Shown: positions 1 through 12,085, counted from the stretch's first letter. The stretch: 64,000 bases of DNA from Cenococcum geophilum (GCA_050273025.1 CP158635.1:23002001-23066000); one strand, 5' to 3'. The notes: generated by a model from the sequence alone, not told the origin. A program made the numbers and translations.

Positions 1-752
1 AAGTAGTGGAATTACCTGCCCTATTACACTAATGCACTTAATAATTATAACCTACTCGTGATTTCCTGGTTGTATAGTTCTAGGCTAGCCAGCGTAATTA
101 GTTCCTGTAATAACTTGTATAGTTATAATAATACCTATTTAGAAGCCGGTCTTATTAAAATTCTAGGTATCCTTATCTAGAATTCTGTATTATATCTTTA
201 TATTCTATACGTATTTAAACCAGACCCAAATTAGTACAGGATCTTTATATTTAGCACGCTAATAGTTATATTTTCTGTTAAATTTGGCCTGTAGGTTGTT
301 ATAGCGCTTAACAAAGTTATATGCCTATTTCTTGCCGATAGGTTATATAGTAGTAGGCCCGGTATACTGCGCAGCTAGTAGACCAGCTATCTGCCGTATA
401 ATCGCGATCCTAGGCAGTATACCGCGTTAATCCATTAATAGAATCCACTGCTTAAGGCTTTCTTCTTATATAGCTGTTAGACGGTAATTTAATGTAATAG
501 AACCGCGTTTTGGCTAGATGCCCTTAATGCGTTACTGTGCTGTCGTTCTAGCTATATTGTATGTGCTAGTGGCCTTCCGAAAACTTGGAAATTGGCCCTG
601 CTTATAGGCATTAATAGATAGGAGAAGTCTGCCCTCTTGAAATTGAGGGTTTTGTTGTTGTGGTGTAGCCATTGAGGTTATAGTTGTATAGTGCGACGCG
701 TGTTTTGTATATTTGGCGGGGTGGCCTATACCCATATGCTTACCGAGTACGT
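1..752 (-). mobile_element. pogo/Fot1-like DNA transposon, 5' part, RIP-mutated (runs off the window edge)
   Basis: ATG at 672 begins MATPQQQNPQFQEGRLLLSINAYKQGQFPSFRKATSTYNIARTT, an HTH N-terminus typical of Fot1/pogo transposases. On the minus strand the terminus reads TA|ACGTACTCGGTAAGC, with TA at 753-754. Many RIP stops downstream. Confidence 0.8.
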
Positions 753-762
753 TATCCAATAC

Positions 763-1372
763 TGTCGATTAGATATTTATACGTTCTAGTCGGAAGTCTT
801 ACTAGTACTCCGCGTATACTACGTATAGTATTATAGCCTATGCCTTAACTAGCTAACTAGTATCTACGAACTCCTTTTTAAGTAGTTCTAATAATCTGGT
901 TATAAGGTCCGTAATACTACCTCCCTTCTTCAGGTTTTTATTCTTAAAGATATCTTATTCCTCTAAGTCGCCTACTAAAGGTAAGGTGCTTCCTTATTTA
1001 AATTAATTCTATTAATAACTTATTATATCTAAGTAACCTTTATCATTATATACTATTATAATAATTCTTTACTAGGTAGGGTTATATCTCCTTGTTCTTG
1101 CTGCGTTAAGGAAGGACTAGGATATATTGTAATTCCCACTCCTTCGACTTGCCAACCGTTATCGCTATGCCGAGTATACTAAGGCGAATATTCCGTCTTC
1201 TTATAATATTCGAGTAGTTTCTAATACTAAGTATACGCTCCTTATAATCCTTTAGATCCTTCTAGTACCTTATCTTATTTCTTATAGGGACGAGGGTTTG
1301 ATCTAAGGCCAAACGTTTAGATAGTAAGCTTTATACTACTATACTAAGATTTTACTTGCGAGTGGGACGGCA
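763..1372. repeat. Unclassified RIP-degraded repeat fragment
   Basis: AT-rich with TpA excess and no ORF. Family not recognised. Confidence 0.4.
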
Positions 1373-2100
1373 TTCTTGAAAATATTCAAGTATGAGAGCT
1401 AGAACTCTCTTGTAAGCTGAGCTCTTTGCCAGAATGTGTAATTAATATTGCCAGTTCGGGTTAGCCTAACCATAGTTCAAATTTTTGAAGTACCACCATA
1501 CCTGAAATGTGAAACTAAGATAGCTAGGGCTGCTCATAGTTTGTAAGCTTTGCAGTGTGGGTATTGAACGAGCAACTTGATTGTAAATCTATGGAAATCA
1601 AGTGATATAAATACATGAAAGTAGACCCCGAACTCCGAAGCCCATAACTCATTTCAAACGTACCTGAGACATACGAGGGTAGTGCTGACGTAGGTGAAAC
1701 AGGGTAATATGCAAGGTCCGGTAGTCGGTTACATAGTTGGTCATGACGGCGACGAATACACTCTATATTATGATAATGGGCCGTGATCGATAGACATACT
1801 GCGTTAGGGAATGTCAGAGTTCTGTCCAAGGGAACAGAAGTTGTAATGGAGGAAATATGGTAAGGTGAAGAAAGGTCTGGGATTTTGGGATGGATGTTTA
1901 CGAGATGGAAATTGAGAAAGTCAGGCAACTACCACCAATAATTTCTTTTTGGTTTCGTAGTTAAGTCTATATGATTTAACCTAAGTGAAAGTGCAATTTG
2001 AGTCTCGGAAATGGACAAAAGCCATGAAATCTAGTCTTTCAATCATAAACCTATCTATAAAAAGTAATTAGAGCCATTTTCGTCGGGAACGTAAACGCCT

Positions 2101-2730
2101 CTAAAACTCCTTAATCACCATCGCGTGTTTGATATTCACACCGTCAATATGGTCCCTAATTTTCGCATACTCCGCAAATCCCTCATTATTGACGAAACCC
2201 ATGTGTTCATCAACGTTCTTCCATGGACAGAAAAGCACCCACTCCTCCTTATCCCCATCCTTGTCCACTCTCCAACCACCACCAATCTTCCCTTGTGTAA
2301 CATAGCCTTGCAGATTATGTTTATTTTCTTGGAAAGTCTCCGTAAAGTCGGCCTTCTGGCCAGCTTTTACAAAATGGCGCCCGATGCTGTAGACTTTGGC
2401 CCCGTCGCTGACTTCCTCGGCAGACGGCAAGTCCTTGTGCTCCACGTCGAGATGCACGACCCACTCGATAGCCATCTGGTCCTTCAGCACGTCTAGCAGC
2501 TCTTTGTTTTCTGAGCTGGCGACAAACCCGTTCATATGCTGGTCTAGCGACTCCCATTCACCGAACACGTAGATTAGCGCGGGATCTTCGACTTGCTGTA
2601 GGTAGTAGAAGCGGCGGCCGGTAAAGTTTTGCATTGCTGTCTTCCCTTTCGCGAGAGTGGCCATGAGGGAGGGCGTAGAGACAGTGGTGGGAGGTAGGAG
2701 ACGGAGGAGTGCGAGTTCGGTGACGGTCAT
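2101..2730 (-). CDS. ABM-like (dimeric alpha-beta barrel) domain protein
   Basis: Intronless 209-aa ORF with MTVTELALL, QQVEDPALIYVFGEWESLDQH and GGWRVD...W..V..H..F, the two-ABM-domain fungal pattern. Confidence 0.8.
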   Translation of the reverse strand: MTVTELALLRLLPPTTVSTPSLMATLAKGKTAMQNFTGRRFYYLQQVEDPALIYVFGEWESLDQHMNGFVASSENKELLDVLKDQMAIEWVVHLDVEHKDLPSAEEVSDGAKVYSIGRHFVKAGQKADFTETFQENKHNLQGYVTQGKIGGGWRVDKDGDKEEWVLFCPWKNVDEHMGFVNNEGFAEYAKIRDHIDGVNIKHAMVIKEF

Positions 2731-3784
2731 GTCGATTGGTTTCCAGTGGTGGACTCCAGAATGGGGATGTGAGTATTCTGTGATAGTTCAGGTCTGGAGG
2801 CACTTGGAGAACCGTAGTGCTATATAAGTAAGACTTTATAAGCAGAATTCGAGCTCGGTGTCAGAAACAGCTGTCTGCGCGGCTTTGACTGCCCGGAGGC
2901 TGCAGAAAATGATACGCGTCATCTGAATCGGCCATACCATAATTAGCAGTATTCAGAATATGCGGTAAGTCCCACTATAGCTCAATTGGCTTTAGGGACG
3001 CCGTATAACAACAATTTCGGTTTAGACCCCGGAGCTCCGTCCGAAGCTTGGGCAGACAGCAAAATGCCAAGACACTCCACGTGATAAGGCAGGTAGGTAG
3101 TAGGTAGGATCAATTGCGTGGGCCAGACTGCGTACAAGATAATCACGCAGGATTTACCGCTAGCTACTTGCAGGTTTTTGTGCTTCCTAGATGACTATGA
3201 GTTAATCATGGGGCATGTGAAAGGGTGTTGAGGTAACTAAGAGAAATTACGGGGAGTTGCATCACCTCATGGTCATCCCGATAAAAGTGGCGCACTAAGA
3301 GCGGCCCGTAACGGCTTTAAGCAAGTGTCCCTTGAGCTGCTTCCAGGTTCCTTCACCAACGTAGGCACGGCAGATGGCACCAAGCTCAAAGATGCGGCTA
3401 CGCGCGTGGCTTCAACTTAATTGGCTTCATTGTCTCCAGACCAGTCACAGGCCAACTACCCACGACTCCTCAGAAGCCACTCTTCACCCGAGTTACTGAT
3501 GATGTATAGATTCGCTGCGCCCAGGAACTTGGCCATTGGGCGGCCAACACCAGAGCCTAAATTGAATATACCTGGCCTGCCTTTTCGTGTCGAGGTCTAC
3601 AACGCTGATCGTGTTTTAAGCTCAAGGAACCTTTATTAGTAAAAGCAACCGCTTCCCTGACTTATCCTTCACCTAAGTTACAATTCTTCACTCTTCACTG
3701 TCGGATTTTTCCTAGTTGCTCGTTTTCATCATCTTTGTGCCTATTCCTACTTTCCACCTTTACCCTCTACATCAATTCCTGAAC

Positions 3785-5259
3785 ATGGGTAACTCAAATA
3801 GTACCGCCGTTGGGACTTGTCTTTCAAATGCCGTTGGCGGAAATAATGCTTCGTTAGCTTTTCCGAGCAAACTTCTCTATCAACTCACCGATGTGAAGCC
3901 TTACAACCTGGATATTCCCGTAACTCCAGCCGCGGTAACCTACCCCGAATCTGCAGATCAGGTGGCCGCAATTATCAAGTGCGCTGCCAAATCGAACTTA
4001 AAAGTTCAAGCTCGATGCGGTGGCCATAGTTATGGGAACTATGGTCGGTAATACACGCTCTTTATTTCGTCATAAACTTATTTGGAGCAGGAATTGGAGG
4101 CGTGTCTGGTGCAGTCGTGGTTGACCTCAAGAACTTGCAACAATTCTCCATGGACACGACTACTTGGACCGCCACTATTGGAGGTGGTACTCTGCTCGCC
4201 GATGTGACGAAGCGACTTCACAATGCCGGCGGTCGTGCCATGGCCCATGGAACATGTCCTCAGGTTGGCCTTGGCGGTCATGCGACGATTGGAGGGCTGG
4301 GGCCCACTTCAAGAATGTGGGGATCCGCGCTTGACCATGTCGAGGAGGTTCAGGTTGTGCTCGCAAATTCTTCCATTATCCGGGCATCAGAGATTGAGAA
4401 CCCGGACGTATTTTTCGCTCTCAAGGGTGCAGGTGCTAGTTTCGGGGTGATTACCGAGTTCAAAGTGCGAACTGAACCAGAACCTGGCGAGGCGGTTCGA
4501 TACTCTTATTCATTTGACGCTGGAACAACTACTGAAAAGGCCAAGGCATTCAAAGACTGGCAATCTCTTATATCGGACCCTGGGCTTAGTCGAAAGTTTG
4601 CGAGTGAGGTCGTCATATTTGAATTAGGGATGATTGTCTCTGGAACCTTCTTTGGATCAAAGGCGGAATTCGACGCTCTCAATATATCCAGTAAACTCCC
4701 GCAAAGTGACAGCGTTTCAATCACCGTCTTCAACGATTGGCTAGGACTCGTTAGTCATTGGGCAGAGGATGTGGCTTTGCAGATTGCCGGAGGAATTCCT
4801 AGCGCATTCTATTCGAAGAGCCTTGCTTTCCGGCCCTCCGATATAATTCCGTCCTCGGGCGTTGACAGTTTATTCGAATTTCTCGATACAGCTGATAAAG
4901 GCACTGCTCTTTGGTTTGCTATCTTTGACTTGGAAGGTGGCGCCATCAATGATGTGCCCATGGACGCTACGGCCTATGCACACCGAGATGCTCTATTTTA
5001 TCTGCAAACCTACGCAGTAGATATCGGCCGCGTTTCCACGACCACCAGGAACTTCGTCAATGGCATCAATCAGGTCATCGCGAATGCATTACCCAATGTG
5101 CAATTTGGAGCGTATGCTGGATACGTAGATCCAGAGCTGCCAAACGGCCAGCGGGCATATTGGGGCTCCAATCTTCCCAGGCTTGAGCAAATTAAACGCG
5201 CTATTGACCCTAACGACGTCTTCCACAATCCACAGAGCGTGCAGCCAGCAGCTTCATAG
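3785..5259 (+). CDS. FAD-linked oxidoreductase, berberine bridge enzyme-like (AA7 glucooligosaccharide oxidase-like); exons 3785-4043 and 4091-5259
   Basis: ARCGGHSYGNYG and HGTCPQVGLGGH carry the His/Cys of bicovalent FAD attachment. C-terminal BBE motif YWGSNLPRLEQIKRAIDPNDVF. The GT..AG intron 4044-4090 joins the two ORFs in frame. Confidence 0.92.
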
Positions 5260-5303
5260 AGTATGCATTCTTGTATTAGACTTCTTTCAGCATTTTTACG
5301 CTA

Positions 5304-6560
5304 TTACTTAATGACAATATCCATAATTGCTTCTTTCTTTTCATCTTTAACTGTTCCAGCGGCCTGTTTTATGGCATCCTCTAACTAGTTATGCTAGTCA
5401 AACTTCGAAGTTAATATATTCCTACTTACCACGGCTTCAGCATTACAAGTGTAACCTGGACTACCTTTTCTCCAAGGCTACCCCAAGCTCTTCATCCGTG
5501 GTTCTTACAGCAAGGCTTTGCGAGTGGACATCGTTAATGTAGGATCGCGTTGCTTTCCACCCTCCATTGTTCAATATAATGGTTAGGAATGGCGTTTCAT
5601 GCTGGTAGCTTGTCCAGTATAGTGCACTAGAAGGGCTGAACATAAAGTTACCATCTCCGGAAATGCAACATACAAAGGTTATCATCTCTAGGGATATTCT
5701 TTCGCCGTACATTCGAGCGTCCTTTAGTGTTATAAAGGGCCGTTTCAAGTTTTATCTCAACCACTCCGCCACCAGCCCAGGTAAGACTAGTACTGCCTTT
5801 GGTAAAAATCTTTCCTGAAATTGACCGCTGTAGCTGTTTATTTAATGAGACTTGATTTGTGGCAGCGTCACCGGCGAAGATTATCTTTGTAGGAAGTAAT
5901 CGTCCACGTTGCGAAAAGAGAAATCTTTCGCAACTCATCCAGTTTCATTAGCCTTCACTCTGAAACGTAGCATCTAAATCCACTGCATGTACCAGGGACA
6001 GCTTTGCCATTCGATGGATCAAATTCGAGGCTGAGATGACGGTTACGCCTGAAAATATACTTCATCGATTTGGCGCAGGGCCATGCTGCCTTCTACATCG
6101 AATGTTGCTGCCGCAGATATGCCGAAAAGATGCATTTGCTCCGTTTAAGGATCTATCAATACAGAAAAAGACAGCAAGCCCAGATGGCCCAATCCCAGGA
6201 GGAACCCAAGGCACCTCACAGCCAAGGACTAGTATCGCATCCACTGTCCGCATCTGGGCCCGGGTCCTGTCGCTCGTGCTAACCACGTGGAATGGTAGGC
6301 TGGGAAACACATTCCTCGACACTAAACCAAATACTTGCAATCCAATGAGATTCGCAACTCGAACGAAATGGTGGATGGCATCATGGATCCATCAGAGATA
6401 CCAAGTTAGAAACCGTAGTTTTTTCGCAGCGAGCAATGCATTATATTTGTCCCTCAGACTCCAACAAAGCGGCGAGATTTCAGATATCACCTTTGATAGA
6501 GTAACGGGACATATTGGGGCTGAGATTACGGGGTATCATGGCACAACGCGGTGCGACTTG
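5304..6560 (-). pseudogene. Thiamine-pyrophosphate-dependent enzyme (acetolactate synthase-like) pseudogene
   Basis: Fragments in different frames: DAILVLGCEVPWVP, GSTSLTWAGGG, and the TPP motif GDGNFMF...PFLTIILNNGGWKAT. Frameshifts and stops present. 5' boundary approximate. Confidence 0.75.
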
Positions 6561-6749
6561 TAAAATTACTTATCCTACATAACTTAGTTTGCAGCAGAGG
6601 CTCTCATGTTTCTTCACCCTCGGCACTTAGATCCATCCAGGACGGCTCCGAGACGCACGAAACGATATCTCAATCCTCACTCTCCATCCTCTTAGACGCC
6701 TGGATACATGCAACCAGCGTTTCCCCCGCTGCATCGTAACCTCCACTAT

Positions 6750-7350
6750 CTAGCGTATCATCGTCAGAACAACGCTTTCCAGCTCATCTACAACCCCCTC
6801 CCCTTTACGGATTGCTAGCGGCTTGGCATAGAATATATGAAAACATTCACTCTTTCTATACAAAATGTGCCTAGACGTTAGCAATCCGTGCAGGGGAGGG
6901 GATTGTAGCTCGTCAACGAACAAACCCATCCGCTCGTCTTCCGCGTTCCAAGCCCCCATCTCAAGATCCGAGGCCCACCACCTCTTCACCCTCTCCTCCC
7001 TTATCTCAACCTTCCTCATCCGGCCTTTCTCCCTCGCCTTTCTCCACCGCCCAGTCCCGCCCCTCTTATCCCTCCTCCCCTCCTCCTGCCAACTGCGATG
7101 GTACCTCGGCGGCGCGGGCCAGCGCTGCGCCTGCGCGTAGAACTCCCGCCTAGAGAGGGCGCGAACGGGCGCGGCGGCGAGGTCGGCGGGGAAGGGGGGA
7201 AGCCGCAGCTGTGAATTCGGGCATGCCAGTAGCAGGTGGCTAGGTAGGGGGCGTGTGTCGCTAGCCGCGGTTGAGGTAGCGGAAGTTGTAGTATTTCCGC
7301 TGCTGGGACCGCGCGCCTCGGCGGGATGGAGGCGTGGCGGAGGTCGCCAT
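6750..7350 (-). other. Degraded ORF of unknown origin (possibly TE-derived)
   Basis: ATG at 7350 gives MATSATPPSRRGARSQQRKYYNFRYLNRG, then a TAG. GC-rich coding-like sequence continues, out of frame with the 6750-7019 ORF. Confidence 0.3.
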
Positions 7351-7555
7351 GGGGTGGGGTTGGTTAGTTAGCGTGGATCTAGCTATAGGATTTCGATATA
7401 CGGCATATACCTAAAAAGAAGAATAGAGTAGGAGATGACCTGTCCCGGCGACCCGTATAAGAGGAGAACTAAGGGTTAGGAAGGGGTATATCTATTCGTT
7501 CGTTTACTTGTTCGTTTATCGATCGTAAGTGGTTATTAATGCTTTTAGTTGGAGG

Positions 7556-8928
7556 CAGTGTGTCCAACAGTCAGCCTAGCTGCGAGCTTGAGCAAAATAG
7601 CTGACTGACTGCGTCAATTGGATCGCTCGCTGTCCGCTGACTGTTGGATGACGTACGCTGACTGTCAAGCTGTCAGCTAGCTGTCCCAATTAGGAAATTT
7701 GTATAGGCTTTATGGTGTTTCATTTCATATTTTAGCAGCACCTCTCTATATACAATATTAACATTATCCGATTAAAATTCAGCCCTAATTCACCCAATAC
7801 AGTATCTAAATATAGCTAAATTTGTCCTGCACCCGCAGAGGCTTAAAAGGTAGGTAGAACGGTCGGTGGTAAGGGCTCCGGAGGCTCTATTTCTATATCA
7901 GATTTAATTAAATACAAAGCTCTGTTAAGCCTACCTTACCAAGCTGGCTTTTCTGCCTCTGTAGTTGGCTTATAGCCAGTAAAATTGACATTTAAGCTCC
8001 ATTGGAGTTAACACGGTCGATTAAACTGCTTAATAAAAGGCCTTTAATTAACCACCACTTCTGGCATTGACCTGCTTTAATCGTGTCGGCTAATAGTCTA
8101 TTACGCTCATCGGTAATAATCTTTTTAGTTTAACTAAAGGCTCGTTTGTATGTAGAGCTTATCGCCGGTATAGAGAATATATTAAGAGCAATCTTAGCAG
8201 GCGTTGGATAAAGGATTTAACCGGTTTTAAGCCACTAGTTAAGAGGATCAGGGAGTTGATCCACGAACCCTACGCGGTGCTAAAGGAGTTAAGTAACGCG
8301 TAGATTATGGATTTAATAAGGAAGAAGCTCTACTGCCTGGCTGATGCGTGAAATGTAATATACGTCGCATTTTGTATAGGTGATAAAATGGTAAATTTTG
8401 GCATAGGAGAAGGTGTACGGCGCGTAATGGAGATATTGGGGAAAATGCTTTATTGTCGACCGTTGAGGTCACTCTCAGGTACCACCTTATGACTCACCAC
8501 CTTGTTCTCGTATGTCTTACTACTGTCTCGGTCAACGACTCGGTCAACGACACGGTCTACGACTCGGTCTACGATACGGTCAGCGAAGTAGTCTACTACC
8601 TATTTTTCTTATGTATTTATAGAGGCTCTAGAGCCACATTTAATAGACAGAGTTTTTCTCAGTGACTTGTCCGTCCGACATTTATTTACTATGGCTAAGC
8701 GAGAGATTCCCATGGGTTTCTTATGGCTTGGCGTATAATCTCAGTCGAAGATTTGAATATCCTTAACTTCTACCAAAAGCTTCAACTTACCACTAAATCT
8801 TACCACTAGGGCAGCGAGCTGTTAGCTAGCTGCAGTTTTATAGCTGACTGACTGTTATAACTCTCTAAGCTCGCTGACTGCTTACGTTATCAGCCTCTTG
8901 GCAGCGACGCTGACTCTTGGACACACTG
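7556..8928 (-). mobile_element. Internally deleted hAT element
   Basis: 20-bp TIRs CAGTGTGTCCAA(C/G)AGTCAGC with 1 mismatch. hAT dimerisation-domain remnant LNIFSIPAISS..RAFS..KKIITDERNRL at ~8050-8190. No matching TSD. Confidence 0.85.
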
Positions 8929-10017
8929 GTCCCTAGTAACCTCTTTAACTTTATATATAAAGCCATAAGGAACATAACTAAAATTATACCTCTTATAACC
9001 GCCAGCGCATCTAAATACTATTACTAATAGTAATAAAAGTAACGCTAATAATTATAATAATAATAAACTTTAAGTATATAATTTCCTTAATTATACCTAG
9101 TAAAGCAAACGGAACTAAATAAGTGGTAGTTGCGATAAAATAAAGAATAATAAGGTATATTAAAAGGATTGCGGTATAGCATATATATATTATTATAATA
9201 AAAAAGAAAAAGATATAGCTAGCATTAAATGCCTTAAAATAAACGCCACTAATATAATAATAATTCATTGCTTAACGTCCGATTCGGATCCCTATTGGGC
9301 CCACGCGGACTACTCCTTATGTACATATAGGGAGAAAACTCTATTTAAGAAAACCCTGTAATCTATCTCCCTGCCTTTTGGGACTCGCCTGCGAGACGCC
9401 TATAAGGCGCCTACGAGTTACCTATAGTGCTCCTACTACCTTACTTTTTAATCTCCTTAGAAACCACTACTGCCGTAATAAGCCTACGGACGCGCTAGTA
9501 TTATAAACTTTACTTTACTACTATAGAGTTATCAGGGGGCGCCCGTTACTTACCCCCCCGCTTTTTATTACTATTTCCTTTATAACCCGGAACTGGTTTA
9601 GTATATTTTAGCTAATAAGCTACTAGGTAACCGCCTTAAGGCCTTTTTATATTAAGAGTAGTGTCTTATAGTTCTCTATACTAGCTACTAAAAGTATTAC
9701 TTTTTAGTTAGTATGTAAGGGGCATAATAGTATTATATATTTTAGTGTCTGTTTTAGCTAGCTATATTTGCATCTTAGGCTACCTACTAAAATACCTACC
9801 TAATAGAGCTAGTCTTTTAGTCCTATTATTTCTGTTCTTAAGAGTGTTGCTATTATATTTTCTGCCTTTATTAGGCCTTCTTAGAGCCCTAAAGTGTTTA
9901 CCCCCTATAGCGTTAACTATGCTACGGCTTAGGTTTCTCTTACCTTAGTTAGCCTCTATACCTTTAACTCCTATATACCTCTTTAGCGTTAGTCTAACTA
10001 GTATTATATTATTATAG

Positions 10018-11028
10018 TGGCCGTTAAAAACGGACTCTGCACCTATACGTGGTGACGGCTACAAACCTAGGTCTTTAAAGTTTAGACTTAGAGCCAACGC
10101 AGAGACGTTATACAGCGTGCGATAGAACCTGGTAGTTGTGGTTGTAAGCGTTATAGGCGGTAGTAAAAAAATTTCAGATGGTAAGATCTCGAAAACCACT
10201 ACTATGGCCCTCTATAATTTAGCTACGCTATTCTCCTATTAAGGCACCTATATAATCCAACGTAAATATATAGCATTTGATAGTATCCCCTGACCCCTAA
10301 TAAAAAGTATTAACGACCTCTTATATTAACAAATAAGCGATCGTAAGCGAATAAGTAGACAAATAAGTAAATATACGGCCCCTCCTAACCCCTAGGGCGA
10401 TCGCCCACGGAGTATATAGTTACTCGCCGTTTTTTCTACTAAATACTACCTAGCAGCCTGGATTACGACCCACGGTTTTCCCTATCTTCTTTTAACGGAG
10501 TGGTAACCCTTAGAAAGGGCCTAGCTAGGGCTTAGGCATAAAAGATACCCAAATACATAATATCCCGCTCGCTTATTAGTATTATAGTAGTTAGAATAGA
10601 TGAATCCCCCTTACGCCTTTAATAGGCCCTAGGGGGGGGAAGGTATAGCATATATAGCAATAGTTAGACAAGAAATAGCATATAGGGGATAGCTAAGATA
10701 TAGAAAATAGTAGTACGGTAATTAATTGGTAAGGCCTAGCTAAGACGTAGTAAACCCTAGCTAGGGTAAGCTAGAGAAGGAAGTAGTAGTTCCTAAGGAG
10801 TTTAAATATCTAAGGAGGATAGGACGTAGCCGTAGACCCGCAGGGCCGCCGCTATAGACAGATATGGCAAATCGGGGTTTTTTATCCTACTAAGGTGGCT
10901 TATAGGGTTTTTCCTCCCCCCCAGCAGTAAGGGTTTTTTCCCGTTAATATTACTTTTCCCTTATATACGGAGTAGTCTACATAGGGCTAGATAGCATCCG
11001 TATTAGACGTTAATTAAAGAAGAATTAT
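10018..11028 (+). mobile_element. Non-autonomous ~1-kb retroposon (SINE/SIDE-like) with a ribozyme head and LINE-type 3' tail
   Basis: Interrupts LINE copy 1 (empty site visible in copies 2 and 3). TSD TATTATTATAG at 10007-10017 and 11029-11039. Its 3' end GGAGTAGTCTACATAGGG...GACGTTAA...GAATTATT resembles the 3' end of the LINEs. Confidence 0.8.
10019..10104 (+). ncRNA. Predicted HDV-like self-cleaving ribozyme
   Basis: P1 GGCCGTT (10019-25) / GACGGCT (10054-60) with a G1-U wobble. P2 CTCTGC (10035-40) / GCAGAG (10099-104). P3 ACC/GGT closing the 7-nt L3 TATACGT. P4 CTAGGTCT/AGACTTAG. J4/2 GCCAAC supplies a candidate catalytic C at 10094. Located at the retroposon 5' end. Confidence 0.75.
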
Positions 11029-11752
11029 TATTATTATAGATAGTTTCCTAGTATTCTTTTATACTCTACTTTAGCTCCTTTCTCTCTCTTACTATTATTC
11101 TTACTGGCCTCTTATACGTCTCCCTTCCCTCTATATAGGCCTAGGCCCTAAAGTAGCATTATTCTTCTTCTACTTTCTTTACCTATTTCTCTAATATATC
11201 TTCCCTACTTTAGGGTTATTAGTTTATTCTCCTGCGAGGCGCCCTAGGGTCCCTCTATAGTTTATTTAGGCGTGTCTTAATATACTTTATAATATTAGAG
11301 TTATATTTCTTTTATACCCTTTATATTATAGCGGCTTTAATATATAGTTATAGGGGGGGAATATTAGCTTCCTTTTTAAGTAGTGCTGTGGCCGTTTGCT
11401 TATATCCGCCTATTATACTTTAAAGGCAGGCTATTTAGACCTTTTAGAGTAGTTTAAGGAGCGATTTAGGGGGGCCTTTCTTAGATTCTCTAATGGCCCA
11501 AATACTAGACCTATATATTATAGTTAGCCGGACAACTGCTATATATAATAGACGTGACCTCTAGAAGTATGGACCCTATATAAAATTAACGATTTTAGAT
11601 AATACGCTATACTGTACTTAGCCCTTATAGGCCGCTTATACCGTATATGCGCTCTACTAGAGCTTACTATCTACCTATACTCCTAATACTCTTAGGCCCT
11701 AAACTAGTTAACCCCTAAAGCCTTAGATGCGAATTATATACTAAAGATCTAT

Positions 11753-12085
11753 CCCTTGCATAGATAGATACGCTCTATAGAGTGTGGCCCGTGCGCACCA
11801 ATTAATAAGGCGCATATATAGGCGGTAAGTCATTCTGCCGCATCACCAGAGGATCGAAAGGAGGCAGTGACGCGGGCTCTGGCGGAGGCTTTTTCACGAT
11901 CTGATTTTTGGAATTAGGATATTGAGTAGGCTGCACAAGGTCTATATTATTGGATGTATAGTTACGCACCATCTTGGTGGCGTATTTGATTGATGAAGTT
12001 ATCTATTTACATCTTGACGCGGGAAAATTGATGTTCTTGATTGCGTGCACGGGCCACATTTTATAGCACCCCATCCATGCAAGGG
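11753..12085. mobile_element. MITE (CCCTTGCAT...ATGCAAGGG family), copy 1
   Basis: Imperfect TIRs of ~45 bp, 333 bp long, inserted in LINE copy 1. Related to 34660-34990. Confidence 0.85.

Noticed and set aside
763..1372. Solo LTR (TG...CA)
   Set aside because: The flanks AATAC and TTCTT do not form a TSD.
1524..1928. 134-aa ORF
   Set aside because: Non-ATG start and no recognisable motif, so it cannot be supported as a gene.
2101..6560. Secondary-metabolite gene cluster (ABM protein, FAD oxidase, TPP enzyme)
   Set aside because: No backbone synthase, transporter or regulator in the window, and the TPP gene is dead.
10018..10200. tRNA- or 5S-derived SINE head
   Set aside because: No A/B boxes, cloverleaf or 5S similarity recognised. 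The HDV fold explains the region better.
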